Below, piece after piece: positions 18,871-30,061 of a stretch of DNA of 64,000 bases. Source of the DNA: Candidatus Cryptobacteroides merdavium. Its GTDB lineage: Bacteria; Bacteroidota; Bacteroidia; Bacteroidales; UBA932. Position 1 is the first letter of the stretch. Each line of letters opens with the position of its first letter. Under the pieces are notes generated by a model. That model searched no databases. It saw nothing but the letters and a program-made list of their open reading frames with translations, and was not told the DNA's origin. The position numbers and the translations under genes are program-made. Location: contig JADIMO010000016.1 in the NCBI GenBank assembly GCA_017694755.1, forward strand, positions 18,647-82,646, given 5' to 3'.

Positions 18871-21273
18871 ATGAAAGACATTATCAAAGACATTTTATCT
18901 CCGTCAGGGACAGAGGTCAACATAATACCTGTCATGCAGGGTGAGGGGTTCATGAAGGTGGATGAGGCCGAACTTCCGGACTCGCTCCCTATCCTTGCGC
19001 TGCGGAATGCCGTAATGTTTCCGGGGACCGTGTACCCCATAACCATAGGCCGGGAAAAATCCATCCGGCTCATTGAAGATGCAGAAAAGAACAACAGATA
19101 TATAGGTGCAGTACCTCAGACGGACATTTCAATTGAGGACCCGAAGAAGGAAGACCTTTACAGATACGGCACTGTCTCCAAGATTCTCAAGACATTGGAG
19201 ATGCCGGACGGCACCATCACTGCCATCCTGCAGGGGTTCAAGAGGTTTGAAATCGAAAGCATCACAGAGTACGAACCGTACATGCTGGGAATGGTGCACT
19301 ATATGAACGACATCATTCCTGATGCGACAGATAAGAATGTGAAGATGATCGGCGAAGCCCTCAAGGAAAAGGCGGTGACGGCGATCAAGATGTCAACCTA
19401 CATGCCGAGAGAGGCCGCCTCTGCCCTCAAGTCAATCGACAATTTCGAATTTCTCGTGAACTTCATAGGGTCGACCCTGGAAGTGGAGAACTTCATGGAC
19501 AAGGTGGAACTTCTGCAGTACGGAGACCTGAAGGAAAGGGCGATGAAGCTGCTCGCCGTGCTTGACACGCAGATCGAGCTGCTGAAAATCAAGCAGGACA
19601 TAAACCAGAAAGTCAAGACGGAAATCGACCAGCAGCAGAGGGAATACTATCTGAACAGCCAGCTCCGGACCATCCAGGAAGAACTCGGAATGGACGAGAT
19701 GGAGGATTTTGAGAGGCTCAGGGCAAAGGCGGAGGAAAAGATATGGCCGGAATCCGTAAAGGAAATCTTCGAAAAGGAGATGGCCAAGCTGGAAAGGTAC
19801 AACCCGAGCTCTCCGGAATACAGCATACAGTTCAACTACATCCAATTCATGCTGGACCTGCCATGGGGAGAGATGTCGCAGGACAACCTGGACCTGAAAC
19901 ATGCCCAAAAGGTGCTGGATGAGGACCATTTCGGACTGGAGACGGTCAAGGAGAGGATAATCGAATACCTTGCGGTGCTGAAGCTCAAGGGCAACATGAA
20001 ATCCCCTATACTATGTCTGTACGGTCCTCCGGGAGTCGGCAAGACCAGCCTCGGCAAGTCCATAGCAAGGGCACTCGGCAGAAAATATGTCAGGATAGCA
20101 CTCGGAGGCGTTCATGATGAATCAGAAATCCGGGGGCACAGGAAGACATATGTAGGAGCATTGCCGGGAAGGATACTGAACGGAATCAACCGTGCGGGCA
20201 CTTCCAATCCGGTGATAGTCCTGGACGAGGTGGACAAGATCAACAGCGACATAAAGGGGGACCCGTCCTCCGCATTGCTGGAAGCACTCGACCCGGAACA
20301 GAACACTACCTTCCATGACAACTATCTTGACATTGACTACGACCTGTCACATGTGCTGTTCATAACCACGGCCAACAACACCTCCACCATCCAGCCCGCC
20401 CTGCGAGACAGGATGGAAATGATACCCGTAAGCGGCTACCTGGCCGAAGAGAAGATGAGCATAGCCAAGGACTACCTGATACCTCGCCAGCTGGAGGAGC
20501 ACGGGCTGGACAAGAAGCAGCTAAGAATAGACAAGGCTGCTCTTGCCGCCATCATAGACCAGTACACGAGGGAATCAGGAGTGCGCGGGCTTGAAAAGCA
20601 GATTGCCAAGATAGCAAGAGTGACGGCCAAGAAAATAGCCCTCGAAGAGGACTATCCAAAGGTGATAAAGAAGGAGCACCTGAAGGAATACCTCGGCCTG
20701 CCGACCAATTTCCACGATGTGCAGAAAGGCAATGAGGCCCCGGGAGTGGTGACCGGCCTTGCTTGGACAGAAATGGGAGGGGAAATCCTTTTCATCGAAA
20801 GCTCCATCAGCAACGGCAAGGGAGTCCAGACCATGACCGGAAACCTCGGCGACGTGATGAAAGAATCCGCCACCATTGCATACCAATATATAAAGGCGCA
20901 TCCGGAAATGGCAAACATGACCTCAGAGGAATTCGCCAAGAAAGACATCCATGTCCATGTGCCTGAAGGTGCCGTGCCAAAGGACGGTCCGTCTGCAGGT
21001 ATCACGATGGTAAGTTCCATGGTATCAGCCCTCAGAGGACAGCAGGTCAGGAGCGGAATAGCCATGACAGGCGAAATGACTCTCAGAGGCCGTGTGCTGC
21101 CGGTGGGAGGCATCAAGGAAAAGATTCTTGCCGCCAAACGCTCCGGCATCCACACCATCATCATTTCCGAGGACAACCGCAAGGATGTCGAGGACATCAA
21201 GGAAATCTATGTCAAAGGCCTGTCATTCATCTACGTGAAGACTATCGACGACGTGATGAAGGCCATCTTCTGA
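18871..21273 (+). CDS. lon: Lon protease (endopeptidase La)
   Basis: [31 protein letters not shown]. Confidence 0.98.
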   Translation: MKDIIKDILSPSGTEVNIIPVMQGEGFMKVDEAELPDSLPILALRNAVMFPGTVYPITIGREKSIRLIEDAEKNNRYIGAVPQTDISIEDPKKEDLYRYGTVSKILKTLEMPDGTITAILQGFKRFEIESITEYEPYMLGMVHYMNDIIPDATDKNVKMIGEALKEKAVTAIKMSTYMPREAASALKSIDNFEFLVNFIGSTLEVENFMDKVELLQYGDLKERAMKLLAVLDTQIELLKIKQDINQKVKTEIDQQQREYYLNSQLRTIQEELGMDEMEDFERLRAKAEEKIWPESVKEIFEKEMAKLERYNPSSPEYSIQFNYIQFMLDLPWGEMSQDNLDLKHAQKVLDEDHFGLETVKERIIEYLAVLKLKGNMKSPILCLYGPPGVGKTSLGKSIARALGRKYVRIALGGVHDESEIRGHRKTYVGALPGRILNGINRAGTSNPVIVLDEVDKINSDIKGDPSSALLEALDPEQNTTFHDNYLDIDYDLSHVLFITTANNTSTIQPALRDRMEMIPVSGYLAEEKMSIAKDYLIPRQLEEHGLDKKQLRIDKAALAAIIDQYTRESGVRGLEKQIAKIARVTAKKIALEEDYPKVIKKEHLKEYLGLPTNFHDVQKGNEAPGVVTGLAWTEMGGEILFIESSISNGKGVQTMTGNLGDVMKESATIAYQYIKAHPEMANMTSEEFAKKDIHVHVPEGAVPKDGPSAGITMVSSMVSALRGQQVRSGIAMTGEMTLRGRVLPVGGIKEKILAAKRSGIHTIIISEDNRKDVEDIKEIYVKGLSFIYVKTIDDVMKAIF

Positions 21274-21320
21274 CAAGACCTGAATTTCAGAAAATTGCAG
21301 ATTGCAAGCAATAGACATTG

Positions 21321-21370
21321 AAGTCCGCTGTCCAACTCCTGCCGGGGTGATGACAGCGGACTTTCCTTTA
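21321..21370 (+). terminator. Probable intrinsic terminator after lon
   Basis: AAGTCCGCTGTC...GACAGCGGACTT stem followed by T-rich tail. Confidence 0.7.
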
Positions 21371-21581
21371 ATATATGCTCATTTGCAGATATACCCTTGG
21401 AGTCCGTCATGCCGTAAAAGTTTCACGACAACCCTGCCCCATTGATTTTCACAGAAACATGCAGATTCTGTTGTCAGGTACGGAATTTTTTTTGAAATTT
21501 GTCAGGATATTGCCGGATGTGGAACGGATCTTATGGAGAGGGCGTTATGCCGGCAGAAAAACGCAACAGGATAATTCAGAA

Positions 21582-22250
21582 ATGGAAGTAAAGATAGAGC
21601 AGAGCTGGAAAGAGGCTCTGAAAGACGAATTCGACAAGCCATATTTTGTCCAGCTGGTGAAATTCCTGCATGAGGAAAAGGCGGAAGGAAAGACGGTCTA
21701 CCCTCCGGGCAGGCAGATATTCAGGGCATTCGAACTCACGCCTGTGCCGCAGGTCAAGGTGGTGATCCTCGGACAGGACCCGTATCACGGCTACGGGCAG
21801 GCCATGGGACTTTCCTTTTCAGTGCCGGACAATGTGCAGGCTCCTCCGTCACTCCAGAACATCTTCAAGGAAATCCACGACGACCTCGGCATAACCATGA
21901 GCGGCAGACCCAACCTTGAGAATTGGGCAAGGCAGGGAGTACTGCTGCTCAATGCGATACTTACCGTAAGGGCAGGCGAACCCACATCGCACAGCAAGAT
22001 AGGATGGACCGACTTCACGGATGCCGTGATAAGATACATTTCGGACAATCTGGACGGGATAGTCTTCCTCCTGTGGGGAAACTTCGCAAGAAGCAAGAGG
22101 GCGCTCATCGACACTTCCAGGCACCATGTCCTCGAAGCGGCCCACCCCTCCCCTCTCGCCCGCGGGGCATTCTTCGGCTGCAGACATTTTTCAAAGACGA
22201 ACGAAATCCTCGCCGCCGAAGGTAAAACTCCGATAAACTGGCAGCTATAG
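21582..22250 (+). CDS. ung: Uracil-DNA glycosylase
   Basis: ILGQDPYHG, GVLLLN, HPSPL; start at ATG 21582. Confidence 0.96.
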   Translation: MEVKIEQSWKEALKDEFDKPYFVQLVKFLHEEKAEGKTVYPPGRQIFRAFELTPVPQVKVVILGQDPYHGYGQAMGLSFSVPDNVQAPPSLQNIFKEIHDDLGITMSGRPNLENWARQGVLLLNAILTVRAGEPTSHSKIGWTDFTDAVIRYISDNLDGIVFLLWGNFARSKRALIDTSRHHVLEAAHPSPLARGAFFGCRHFSKTNEILAAEGKTPINWQL

Positions 22251-22277
22251 CAGTGCGTAATCCACAAAAGAAAAAAG

Positions 22278-22757
22278 ATGAAAAAGAAAGCATTGTTCCC
22301 GGGGTCTTTCGACCCGTTTACGGCAGGACACCTCAACATACTCAGGCGGGCCCTCACCATGTTCGATGAAGTGGTGGTGGCCATCGGCGTCAACATCGAC
22401 AAAAAGGGATTCTTTCCGACTGAAGTGAAGATGGAGATAATAAGGGAAGCCACCAGAGGGATGCAGGGAGTGGAGGTGACATATTATGACAACCTTACTG
22501 TAGACAAATGCAGGGAACTTGGTATCAGGCACATAGTCCGCGGTGTCCGCAACATGATAGACTTCGAGACCGAAAGGTCGATAGCAGATGCCAACAGGAA
22601 GCTCGCCCCGGAAATCGAAACCATCATCATCCCCACCGCCCAGGAATTCGCACACATATCTTCCACGGCGGTCAGGGACATACTGAAACATCACGGGGAC
22701 CTGTCCCTGTTCATTCCGGAAGGAGTGGACCTTCACAGGCTGATGCATGAAAAATAA
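22278..22757 (+). CDS. coaD: Pantetheine-phosphate adenylyltransferase
   Basis: FPGSFDPFT.GH, RGVR...DFE.E, ISSTAVR. Confidence 0.96.
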   Translation: MKKKALFPGSFDPFTAGHLNILRRALTMFDEVVVAIGVNIDKKGFFPTEVKMEIIREATRGMQGVEVTYYDNLTVDKCRELGIRHIVRGVRNMIDFETERSIADANRKLAPEIETIIIPTAQEFAHISSTAVRDILKHHGDLSLFIPEGVDLHRLMHEK

Positions 22758-24495
22758 TTGCAGAAAAATGTCGGTACGGAAAATCATATATGCCGCATTG
22801 TCCTTTATAATGCCTGTCTTCTGCAATATACAGGAGGCGGCAGGACAGGAAATAAATGGAGGACAGACAGTCCAGTCAGAAGAGAATGCCGCCGTCCCAA
22901 GGCAGGATTCCCTGCTCACTTCGATACTCACGGACAAGCTTGAAGAATATCTTGATGTACTGAAAACCGAACCGATTGATGTGCAGGTCAGGGAGGCGGA
23001 TTTTCTCATCGGCAGCTGCAACGACTCGCTTGTAAGGCAGACAGTGGCCTTGAAGATATTTGACCATTACCTCAATTCAAACATAATGGGCGCTGAAGCC
23101 GTAGCGGTGCATCTGTGCGACAACTGGTTCATTCCCGGAAAGATAGCCATGCGCAGTCCGGAAGAACTTATGGCGGCAAGAATATATGCAGAGTTCAACA
23201 GGAGTTCACTGATAGGGATGAAAGCTCCGGAACTTGCACTGAAAGACACGACGGATGCAGATGTAATCCTGTTCCCAGACAATCCGGCAAACATGGGATA
23301 TGAGAATCCGGATGACTGCCGGACAGCATCAGGACAAGACGCCACAGAGGCACATGAACAAGGGAAAGCCTCCGGTAAAAGATATTCGATATTGTATTTC
23401 TACGACACTGACTGCGCAAAATGCAGACTTGAAACAGTCATGCTGCGCAACACCCTTGAAAACGGCAATTTCCCCGTCGACATTTATGCAATCTACACGA
23501 AGGATGACAGAAGAAAATGGATGGACTGGGTACACGGGAATTTCAACATCGACGCCCCTGCCACCACGGTCCGCCACCTGTGGGATCCGGACTTCAGTTC
23601 CGGCTTCCTGCTGAAATACGGCATTCTGGAGACTCCCGCCATATTCCTCATATCGCCTGACGGGACCATAGCCGGACGCAGGCTTGACAGCATGGCATTG
23701 GAACAGCTGCTGAAAATGCTGCTGGCACCGCCTGCTCCTGCAGAATACGGTTCGGAGAAATCGGCAGCATTTTACGGAAAGCTGTTCGGAGACCTTGGTC
23801 CGGAAACAAAGTGCGGCGATGTGAAGGCCCTTATCAACCACATGGCGGCAAAGACACTTGAAGACGCCCATGACACACTGCTTTTCAAGCAGATGACAGG
23901 CGACCTGCTTTACTGGCTCTCCGGAAAGAGGGGCGAAACAGCCAAATGCGGGACAGATTATCTCATCCACAGCCAGATACTGCCCCGACACGACATCTGG
24001 AACACATCTGACGACTCACTGAAAGTGGTACAGTTCGCTGAAGTGATGCAGGAACTGCTGGAAAGGGCACAAACCGGCAGCCGCATGCCGGAGATAAAGG
24101 TCCATGCCATATTGAAAAGCAGCAAAGGCGAAAGATACGGACAATACAGACTTGACAGGCTGCATCATTACCGTACAATCTTCATCTTCCATACGGAAGG
24201 CTGCAACATCTGCAAGGCCGAACTCGCCGCAGCAGACTCCCTATTGGAATCCGGCACAAAGGAAAGCCGCAGTACAAGAGTGCTGCTCATCGACATGGAT
24301 GAAATATTCAGTTCCTGGCCGGAGACTGCCGAAGCACTTTTCAATGCATTCGACCTTACCGCCCTGCCGTACATCACTGAAACTGACCGCAATGGAATTA
24401 TAATCAGGAAATATATGACCCTCGCGGTGAGCGGGGAATCCACCACGGAACCGCATCCGGCCCTTAAAAATTTGTCCGATGAAATTCAGCATTAA
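22747..24495 (+). CDS. Exported protein with two helical + thioredoxin-like modules
   Basis: Signal-like N-terminus; two CxxC motifs (FYDTDCAKC, FHTEGCNIC), each preceded by a helical segment. Confidence 0.7.
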   Translation: MKNNCRKMSVRKIIYAALSFIMPVFCNIQEAAGQEINGGQTVQSEENAAVPRQDSLLTSILTDKLEEYLDVLKTEPIDVQVREADFLIGSCNDSLVRQTVALKIFDHYLNSNIMGAEAVAVHLCDNWFIPGKIAMRSPEELMAARIYAEFNRSSLIGMKAPELALKDTTDADVILFPDNPANMGYENPDDCRTASGQDATEAHEQGKASGKRYSILYFYDTDCAKCRLETVMLRNTLENGNFPVDIYAIYTKDDRRKWMDWVHGNFNIDAPATTVRHLWDPDFSSGFLLKYGILETPAIFLISPDGTIAGRRLDSMALEQLLKMLLAPPAPAEYGSEKSAAFYGKLFGDLGPETKCGDVKALINHMAAKTLEDAHDTLLFKQMTGDLLYWLSGKRGETAKCGTDYLIHSQILPRHDIWNTSDDSLKVVQFAEVMQELLERAQTGSRMPEIKVHAILKSSKGERYGQYRLDRLHHYRTIFIFHTEGCNICKAELAAADSLLESGTKESRSTRVLLIDMDEIFSSWPETAEALFNAFDLTALPYITETDRNGIIIRKYMTLAVSGESTTEPHPALKNLSDEIQH

Positions 24496-24512
24496 ATTTC
24501 ATCGGACTCATG

Positions 24513-25139
24513 TCATTTAAGTCTTAACGTGATGAATGCGCGGAAACCGGATTTGTCGAAATTTCCGAGCAGAGCGCTGTTACCGACAAGATTCCCGTAG
24601 TTGCAATTTCCAAAGAGGTATTCTGCACCTATACCGATCACGCCCCATGAGACCATGCCTCCTGTGACGAACATCGTCGCATAATTTCCGGACAGAGCGA
24701 ATCCGTCATTTGCGGTAAGGAGAGCAGAGAATGTCGGAGCATAACGGAAATATGCATTGATATTCAATTTCCCGACAGGATTCAAGGCTATAGAAGGCCC
24801 TACATGAAGAGAGTATTCCACCTGATGGACAAGAGATGTCTGCAAACCGTTTTCACCGATGAAATCATACGGATAATTGTTGTAGTTCAGGTCCACCCAA
24901 GTCGCATCAATACCTATCTTGATCATGCCGAGAATCGGCTTTCCGTGCAGAAAATAGGTACGTCCGCTGACAAAGGAGCCGCCTCCCCTTGACTCAAGTG
25001 CAGTTTCACCAGAAGGAGCAGAAAGAGACATGGATGACCAGTTGAAATTCCGGTATTTCCTGCGGAAATCATCACCCCTCGCATCCGTGAGGGCCACAAT
25101 GCAAAAAAGCACCGGCAACAAAAACATAATCTTCTTCAT
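24513..25139 (-). CDS. Hypothetical outer-membrane beta-barrel protein
   Basis: Signal peptide, alternating aromatic/Gly strands, C-terminal GFRAFITLRLK. Confidence 0.6.
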   Translation of the reverse strand: MKKIMFLLPVLFCIVALTDARGDDFRRKYRNFNWSSMSLSAPSGETALESRGGGSFVSGRTYFLHGKPILGMIKIGIDATWVDLNYNNYPYDFIGENGLQTSLVHQVEYSLHVGPSIALNPVGKLNINAYFRYAPTFSALLTANDGFALSGNYATMFVTGGMVSWGVIGIGAEYLFGNCNYGNLVGNSALLGNFDKSGFRAFITLRLK

Positions 25140-25264
25140 ATACTAATGATTTTTAGTTAAACTTCACACAATCAACTCATCCCCCCTCATCTCTCTCATC
25201 CTGCAAAGATATGAAGGAGCAGAAAACGGAGCAAATAAAATTGACTGCCAAAGCCGATATGATT

Positions 25265-27109
25265 TTATCTGCGTCTGGCAGGGATAAGGAGGCGGACAAA
25301 GAGAGCTGCAAAGAGAAGGATGAAGACAAAGGACGAGACACGGCCGGCAATGTCACCGTGCTCAACAAAAAATGTCACCTTGTCATTGCGGTTGAGCGTG
25401 CCACGGATTACGGCCGGTTCCCACCACGCGGTGCGCTCGACTATCTCTCCGCGCTGGTTGACTATGGCCGAAATGCCGGTATTGGCACTGCGGGCTATGC
25501 TCCTTCTTGTCTCGATGGCCCGGAGAGAAGCATATGAAAGGTGCTGCCGGTAGCCTGGGGTGTCCTTCCACCAGGCATCGTTGGTGATTACAGTCATCAC
25601 TTCAGCACCGGCACGGACATAACCGGTATAGTAGTCTCCATAAACGGATTCATAGCAGACTGCACAGCCGACGGGAATGGACTCAGTCAAATACGAAGCA
25701 TTCACACTGTCATTTCCCGGCTGGACGTCACCGGCTGCAAGATTCCCGGCTGCCTGTCCTGATACATCCGGTGGTGTGACAGCAGAATCCACGGCAGGAC
25801 GGAAGCCGTATGCGACGCAATGCAGCACCGTTATGGAATCCTGTCCTACACAGCGGCCCATCACTCCACCGAGCAGGTCGTCAATCTTGCAGAAGAAGTC
25901 CGGATACGGAGTCATTTCCACTGCCGGGACAAGCTTACTCTTATGGAAAATCTCATTGCGGCCGGTCCCGTCCATCATCAGGGCCGAATTGTGGGACTCC
26001 ACCCACCTTCCTTCACGCACTTTGCGGGCAGTGTACGACGGAGGCTCCGGGCTGTCAATGTATGTATAGGAGGAAGCTCCGAAAAGCATATTCACTCCGG
26101 GATAATCCTTGAGGAAAGACACAAAGCGGCGGAAAGTCCGGCCGGAGGATATATTATTGGTGACTACATCGTTGGTGAATGTCTCAGGGGCGACTATCAG
26201 CAGAGGCTCCGGAGTATCCGGGACGGAAGACTGAACAGAAGTGTCTGAATGCATGGCAGTTCCGGCAACGGCCTCCACCTTCCTGTCCGGAATTGCACGG
26301 CGGATCTGGTCGAGAAGGATGACATTCTGCTGGTCCTGGCTCATGGCCTGGAACTTATTGTAAGGGTCTATGTTCGGCTGCAGGATCAGCACTTCGAGAG
26401 GGTCCTCCTTTTCCTGATAAGAATCGAACATCACCTTGGAAATGACAAGCGGAGCCGCTATCACAAGCACCACTGAAGAAACCATCGCAATCTTGGCCTT
26501 GATGTTCCAGCGGAACTGCCAGCTGCCGTCTGAAAGGGCCACCATAAGGCCGAATATCAGCAGGTTGGATGTCCATATCCACAACGACCCGCCGAGATGG
26601 CCGGTGAACTCGTACCACTGGATGGACTCTATGCTCCTGGCAAAGGAATTGCCGAGCACAAGCCACGGCCATGATATCTGGGCATCGAAATAGACATGTT
26701 CCCATGCTATCCATCCGGCCGCAAGGAAAATATATGGAAGGATGCCCTTGAAATATTTCTTGCTGAAACGGAACAGGCCGAAGATCAGCGACATCTGAAA
26801 GGCATTGGCAAAAACGGCGAAAAACCCGCCCCCGACAGTGGCATTGCACACCCAGAAAGTGGTGGCGGCATTCCAGAGCACGAACGCGCTGTAATGGTAT
26901 ATCCATCCCCTGCGCATTCCCGACAGAGACACAATCCTCTCCATCATGAGCAGAGGGACAATCCCGAAAAGCGAAAAGAAGCCGCAATGCGGTACAAGGA
27001 ACGGGACAGACATCAGCCCTGCAAAAAGCAGGACAAGCACCCACACAAGCAAAACAGGCCCCCGCTCATGCTCCCGCACGGAGGACATCTTTTTCTTTTT
27101 GTATTTCAT
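25265..27109 (-). CDS. lnt: Apolipoprotein N-acyltransferase
   Basis: TM N-terminus with WPWLVLGN; nitrilase triad contexts APET, HKSKLVP, VCYES; ITNDAW, RAIETRR, ANTGIS. Confidence 0.92.
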   Translation of the reverse strand: MKYKKKKMSSVREHERGPVLLVWVLVLLFAGLMSVPFLVPHCGFFSLFGIVPLLMMERIVSLSGMRRGWIYHYSAFVLWNAATTFWVCNATVGGGFFAVFANAFQMSLIFGLFRFSKKYFKGILPYIFLAAGWIAWEHVYFDAQISWPWLVLGNSFARSIESIQWYEFTGHLGGSLWIWTSNLLIFGLMVALSDGSWQFRWNIKAKIAMVSSVVLVIAAPLVISKVMFDSYQEKEDPLEVLILQPNIDPYNKFQAMSQDQQNVILLDQIRRAIPDRKVEAVAGTAMHSDTSVQSSVPDTPEPLLIVAPETFTNDVVTNNISSGRTFRRFVSFLKDYPGVNMLFGASSYTYIDSPEPPSYTARKVREGRWVESHNSALMMDGTGRNEIFHKSKLVPAVEMTPYPDFFCKIDDLLGGVMGRCVGQDSITVLHCVAYGFRPAVDSAVTPPDVSGQAAGNLAAGDVQPGNDSVNASYLTESIPVGCAVCYESVYGDYYTGYVRAGAEVMTVITNDAWWKDTPGYRQHLSYASLRAIETRRSIARSANTGISAIVNQRGEIVERTAWWEPAVIRGTLNRNDKVTFFVEHGDIAGRVSSFVFILLFAALFVRLLIPARRR

Positions 27110-27112
27110 ACC

Positions 27113-27297
27113 AAAATCATACTCTGAAATCGTACTCTGAGAATCGTAAAATCATACTCTGAAATCGTTGCTGCAGTCTTTCCAACACACTCATAAATTG
27201 ACATATCATTTTGTCCATCAATCACTTCAACTACAAATCCCTCAAAAGACACGATGTTCAAAATCGAACTCAGATCATACTCAAAAAAAATCATACT
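27113..27297. repeat. Cluster of short direct repeats in the lnt/lysE divergent intergenic region
   Basis: AAAATCATACTCTGAAATCGT exact at 27113-27133 and 27148-27168; ATCATACT again at 27274 and 27290. Confidence 0.75.
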
Positions 27298-27358
27298 TGT
27301 TGCAAATATAAATCATATTATGATAAATTTTCTTATGTTTGCGTGGATTTTGGATTTT

Positions 27359-28009
27359 ATGCTGACAGATATATTGAAGGCCTTCCTCATCGGGATATGC
27401 GCATCCGCTCCGATAGGCCCCATAGCCATATTTGTGATACAGAAGTCTTTGAGCAAAGGGCACAAGGCAGGATTCATAGCCGGGATGGGCGCCTGTCTGG
27501 TGGATACTTTCTTTTCTGTGATAGCCATATTCTTCCTTGCGATAGCCCAGAAGTTCCTTAACGACTACAGGGAACTGATAATGATTGCCGGCGGCATTGT
27601 GGTGGCCGTGATCGGATGGTTCATGATGAAGTCGGACCCGTTCAGGAAGCTGAAGGCGGACAAAGGCGGAAAAACTGCCATGATGAAAGACTTCATGCAG
27701 GCTGTAGTCATGGGGCTGTCCAATCCTGGGGCCATTCTCGTGATATTCGGACTGTTCGCCTTTTTCGGGATCGGTCCTGACGGGCAGAACGACTGGAAAA
27801 TGACCCCGATCATAATTTCCGTCAGCCTCGGGGCCGCGATATACTGGTTCACATTCACAGCCATACTGAGCCATTTCCGGAAAAGATTCAAAATGTCCTC
27901 GATAGCCTGGATCAGCAAAATCACGGGGGCGGCAGTCATCATCATAGGCATTGTCCTCCTCGGAGAAGGGCTGTACAGAGTCATTTTTTTGGGAATGCCA
28001 TTGCCATAG
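27359..28009 (+). CDS. LysE-family transporter
   Basis: APIGPIAIFVIQKSLSKG..AGF, LSNPG; about 6 TM; start uncertain (27320-27359). Confidence 0.85.
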   Translation: MLTDILKAFLIGICASAPIGPIAIFVIQKSLSKGHKAGFIAGMGACLVDTFFSVIAIFFLAIAQKFLNDYRELIMIAGGIVVAVIGWFMMKSDPFRKLKADKGGKTAMMKDFMQAVVMGLSNPGAILVIFGLFAFFGIGPDGQNDWKMTPIIISVSLGAAIYWFTFTAILSHFRKRFKMSSIAWISKITGAAVIIIGIVLLGEGLYRVIFLGMPLP

Positions 28010-28063
28010 AAATTGAAAATTTTCAAAACAGTTTCTAAATTTGCACGTTAAAAATCTCAATCA

Positions 28064-29200
28064 ATGGAAAGCAAAGTATATTTCACCGATCTCAGGACTA
28101 CTCCGGGCAATGATCTGATGACAAAACTGGTACGCCTCGTGAAACGCGCCGGGATCGAAGACATTGCATTCAAGGACAAATTCACTGCGATAAAGATACA
28201 TTTCGGGGAGCCGGGCAACCTCGCCTACATCAGGCCGAACTATGCCGCCAGGCTCGTCGACCTGATAAGAAGCCTCGGCAGCAAGGTATTCCTCACGGAC
28301 AGCAACACGCTCTATTCCGGAGGCAGGTCCAACGCCGTGGACCATCTCCATGCAGCCATGGACAACGGCTTCAACCCGATTTCCGCCCATGCCGACGTGA
28401 TCATCGCGGACGGCCTCAAGGGAACCGACTGCAGGGAAATCCCGCTCAACGGGGAATATTGCAAGGCCCCGAAGATCGGTGCAGCCATTGCTGACGCCGA
28501 CATCATCATTTCCATGAACCATTTCAAGGGGCATGAGCAGACAGGCTTCGGCGGTGCGCTGAAGAATCTCGGAATGGGCTCTGCAAGTGTAGGGGGCAAG
28601 CTTGAACTGCATTCCTCATCCCAGCCGGTGATCAATGCCGAAAGCTGCATAGGATGCCGCATCTGCGAGAAATATTGCCGTCACGAGGCCGTGAAGGTGG
28701 TAGACAAAAAGGCACAGATAGACTACTCGAAATGCGTGGGATGCGGACAGTGTGTGGCCGTATGCCAGCACGGAGGCGCAGTGATAAAGGACTGGGACTC
28801 ATCCGAAACATTGAATTACAAGATTGCAGAATATGCACTTGCAGTGGTGAAGGACAAGCCATCATTCCACATAAATTTCATTATGAACGTGTCACCGAAC
28901 TGCGACTGCTGGAACCACAATGACGCCGCCATCATTCCGGATCTCGGCATTGCGGCATCATTCGATCCTGTAGCCCTCGACTGTGCATGTGCAGACCTCG
29001 TGAAAGCGGCACCGGCTCTTGACAGGAATGTGATTTCAGACATGGACAGCAAAGCCGGGACTGACTGCGGACACCATCATCATGAAGGCGAGGACAAGTT
29101 CCACATAGTACATCCTGACACCAAATGGGAAGCCGGAGTGGAACACGGGGAAAAGATCGGCCTCGGAAACAGGAACTATGAACTGGTCATTGTCAAGTAA
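28064..29200 (+). CDS. DUF362-family Fe-S protein with 2[4Fe-4S] ferredoxin domain
   Basis: KIHFGEPGN, HFKGHE, CIGCRICEKYC, CVGCGQCVAVC, PNCDC, DPVALD. Confidence 0.88.
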   Translation: MESKVYFTDLRTTPGNDLMTKLVRLVKRAGIEDIAFKDKFTAIKIHFGEPGNLAYIRPNYAARLVDLIRSLGSKVFLTDSNTLYSGGRSNAVDHLHAAMDNGFNPISAHADVIIADGLKGTDCREIPLNGEYCKAPKIGAAIADADIIISMNHFKGHEQTGFGGALKNLGMGSASVGGKLELHSSSQPVINAESCIGCRICEKYCRHEAVKVVDKKAQIDYSKCVGCGQCVAVCQHGGAVIKDWDSSETLNYKIAEYALAVVKDKPSFHINFIMNVSPNCDCWNHNDAAIIPDLGIAASFDPVALDCACADLVKAAPALDRNVISDMDSKAGTDCGHHHHEGEDKFHIVHPDTKWEAGVEHGEKIGLGNRNYELVIVK

Positions 29201-29231
29201 ATAAAACACAAAAACAACGGATGCAGTAAAG

Positions 29232-30056
29232 ATGGGAGCAAAGAAATTTTTCGGGAACTGGATTGTGGTGAACATATTGGGGGCTGCAGTATTCTTCGCC
29301 GTCATCATCTTGGGAGCCAATCTGCTTCTGAAAGGGGTGACCAGACACAATGAAGAGATCAGGGTACCTGACCTTTCCGGGATGACAACGGCGGAAGCAG
29401 AAAAATATCTTGCCGAAAGAGGAATGCGGTCCGAAGTCACCGACTCTGTATATATCAAACGGATGGAACGTGGCGTGATATACCGGCAGAATCCGGAAGC
29501 AGGCAGCCATGTAAAGAAAAGCAGGCGCATCCTGCTGACCATCAATGCTGTCAATCCGAAGAAAGTCACCATGCCCAACCTTGTGGGCTACTCTCTCAGA
29601 CAGGCCAAGGCCGAACTTCTGTCACGCGGGCTGAATCTCGGAACCCTGATATATGTGGAGGACATAGCCACCAACAATGTCCTGAAACAGCTTTACGGGA
29701 ACAGGGAGATCAAGCCGGGAATGCCCGTAGAGAGCGAATCGAGAATAGATCTGGTCGTAGGACTCAACGAAATGGACAACATGACCTATGTCCCGTATGT
29801 AACCGGACTCAAATACATGAGTGCAGTGAGTGCCGTACAGGACAATTCCCTCAACATCCAGGACCTGATATTCGACAATACCGTCAGGGACTATTCCGAC
29901 TCCCTTGATGCGGTCGTCTACAGGCAGATGCCGGAAATATCCGAAGAACCGCTTCTGATGGGTTCCCCTGTGACCCTGTATCTCACCAAGGACATCACCA
30001 AGGTTCCTGAAAAACCGGTGCCGTCAGACTCCACCGCCATTGCGGAATCTTTCTGA
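29232..30056 (+). CDS. PASTA domain-containing protein
   Basis: N-terminal TM, then three PASTA-like repeats (VPDLSG, MPNLVG, VPYVTG). Confidence 0.88.
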   Translation: MGAKKFFGNWIVVNILGAAVFFAVIILGANLLLKGVTRHNEEIRVPDLSGMTTAEAEKYLAERGMRSEVTDSVYIKRMERGVIYRQNPEAGSHVKKSRRILLTINAVNPKKVTMPNLVGYSLRQAKAELLSRGLNLGTLIYVEDIATNNVLKQLYGNREIKPGMPVESESRIDLVVGLNEMDNMTYVPYVTGLKYMSAVSAVQDNSLNIQDLIFDNTVRDYSDSLDAVVYRQMPEISEEPLLMGSPVTLYLTKDITKVPEKPVPSDSTAIAESF

Positions 30057-30061
30057 CATTT

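Noticed and set aside
21375-21581. N-terminal extensions in the ORF track for ung (also argA, DMT, hup, lysE, groES)
   Set aside because: Family homology begins at downstream ATGs; several extensions run through promoter-like sequence
27113-27168. Mini CRISPR array
   Set aside because: Only two 21-bp copies; the intervening 14 bp is itself a partial repeat; no cas genes
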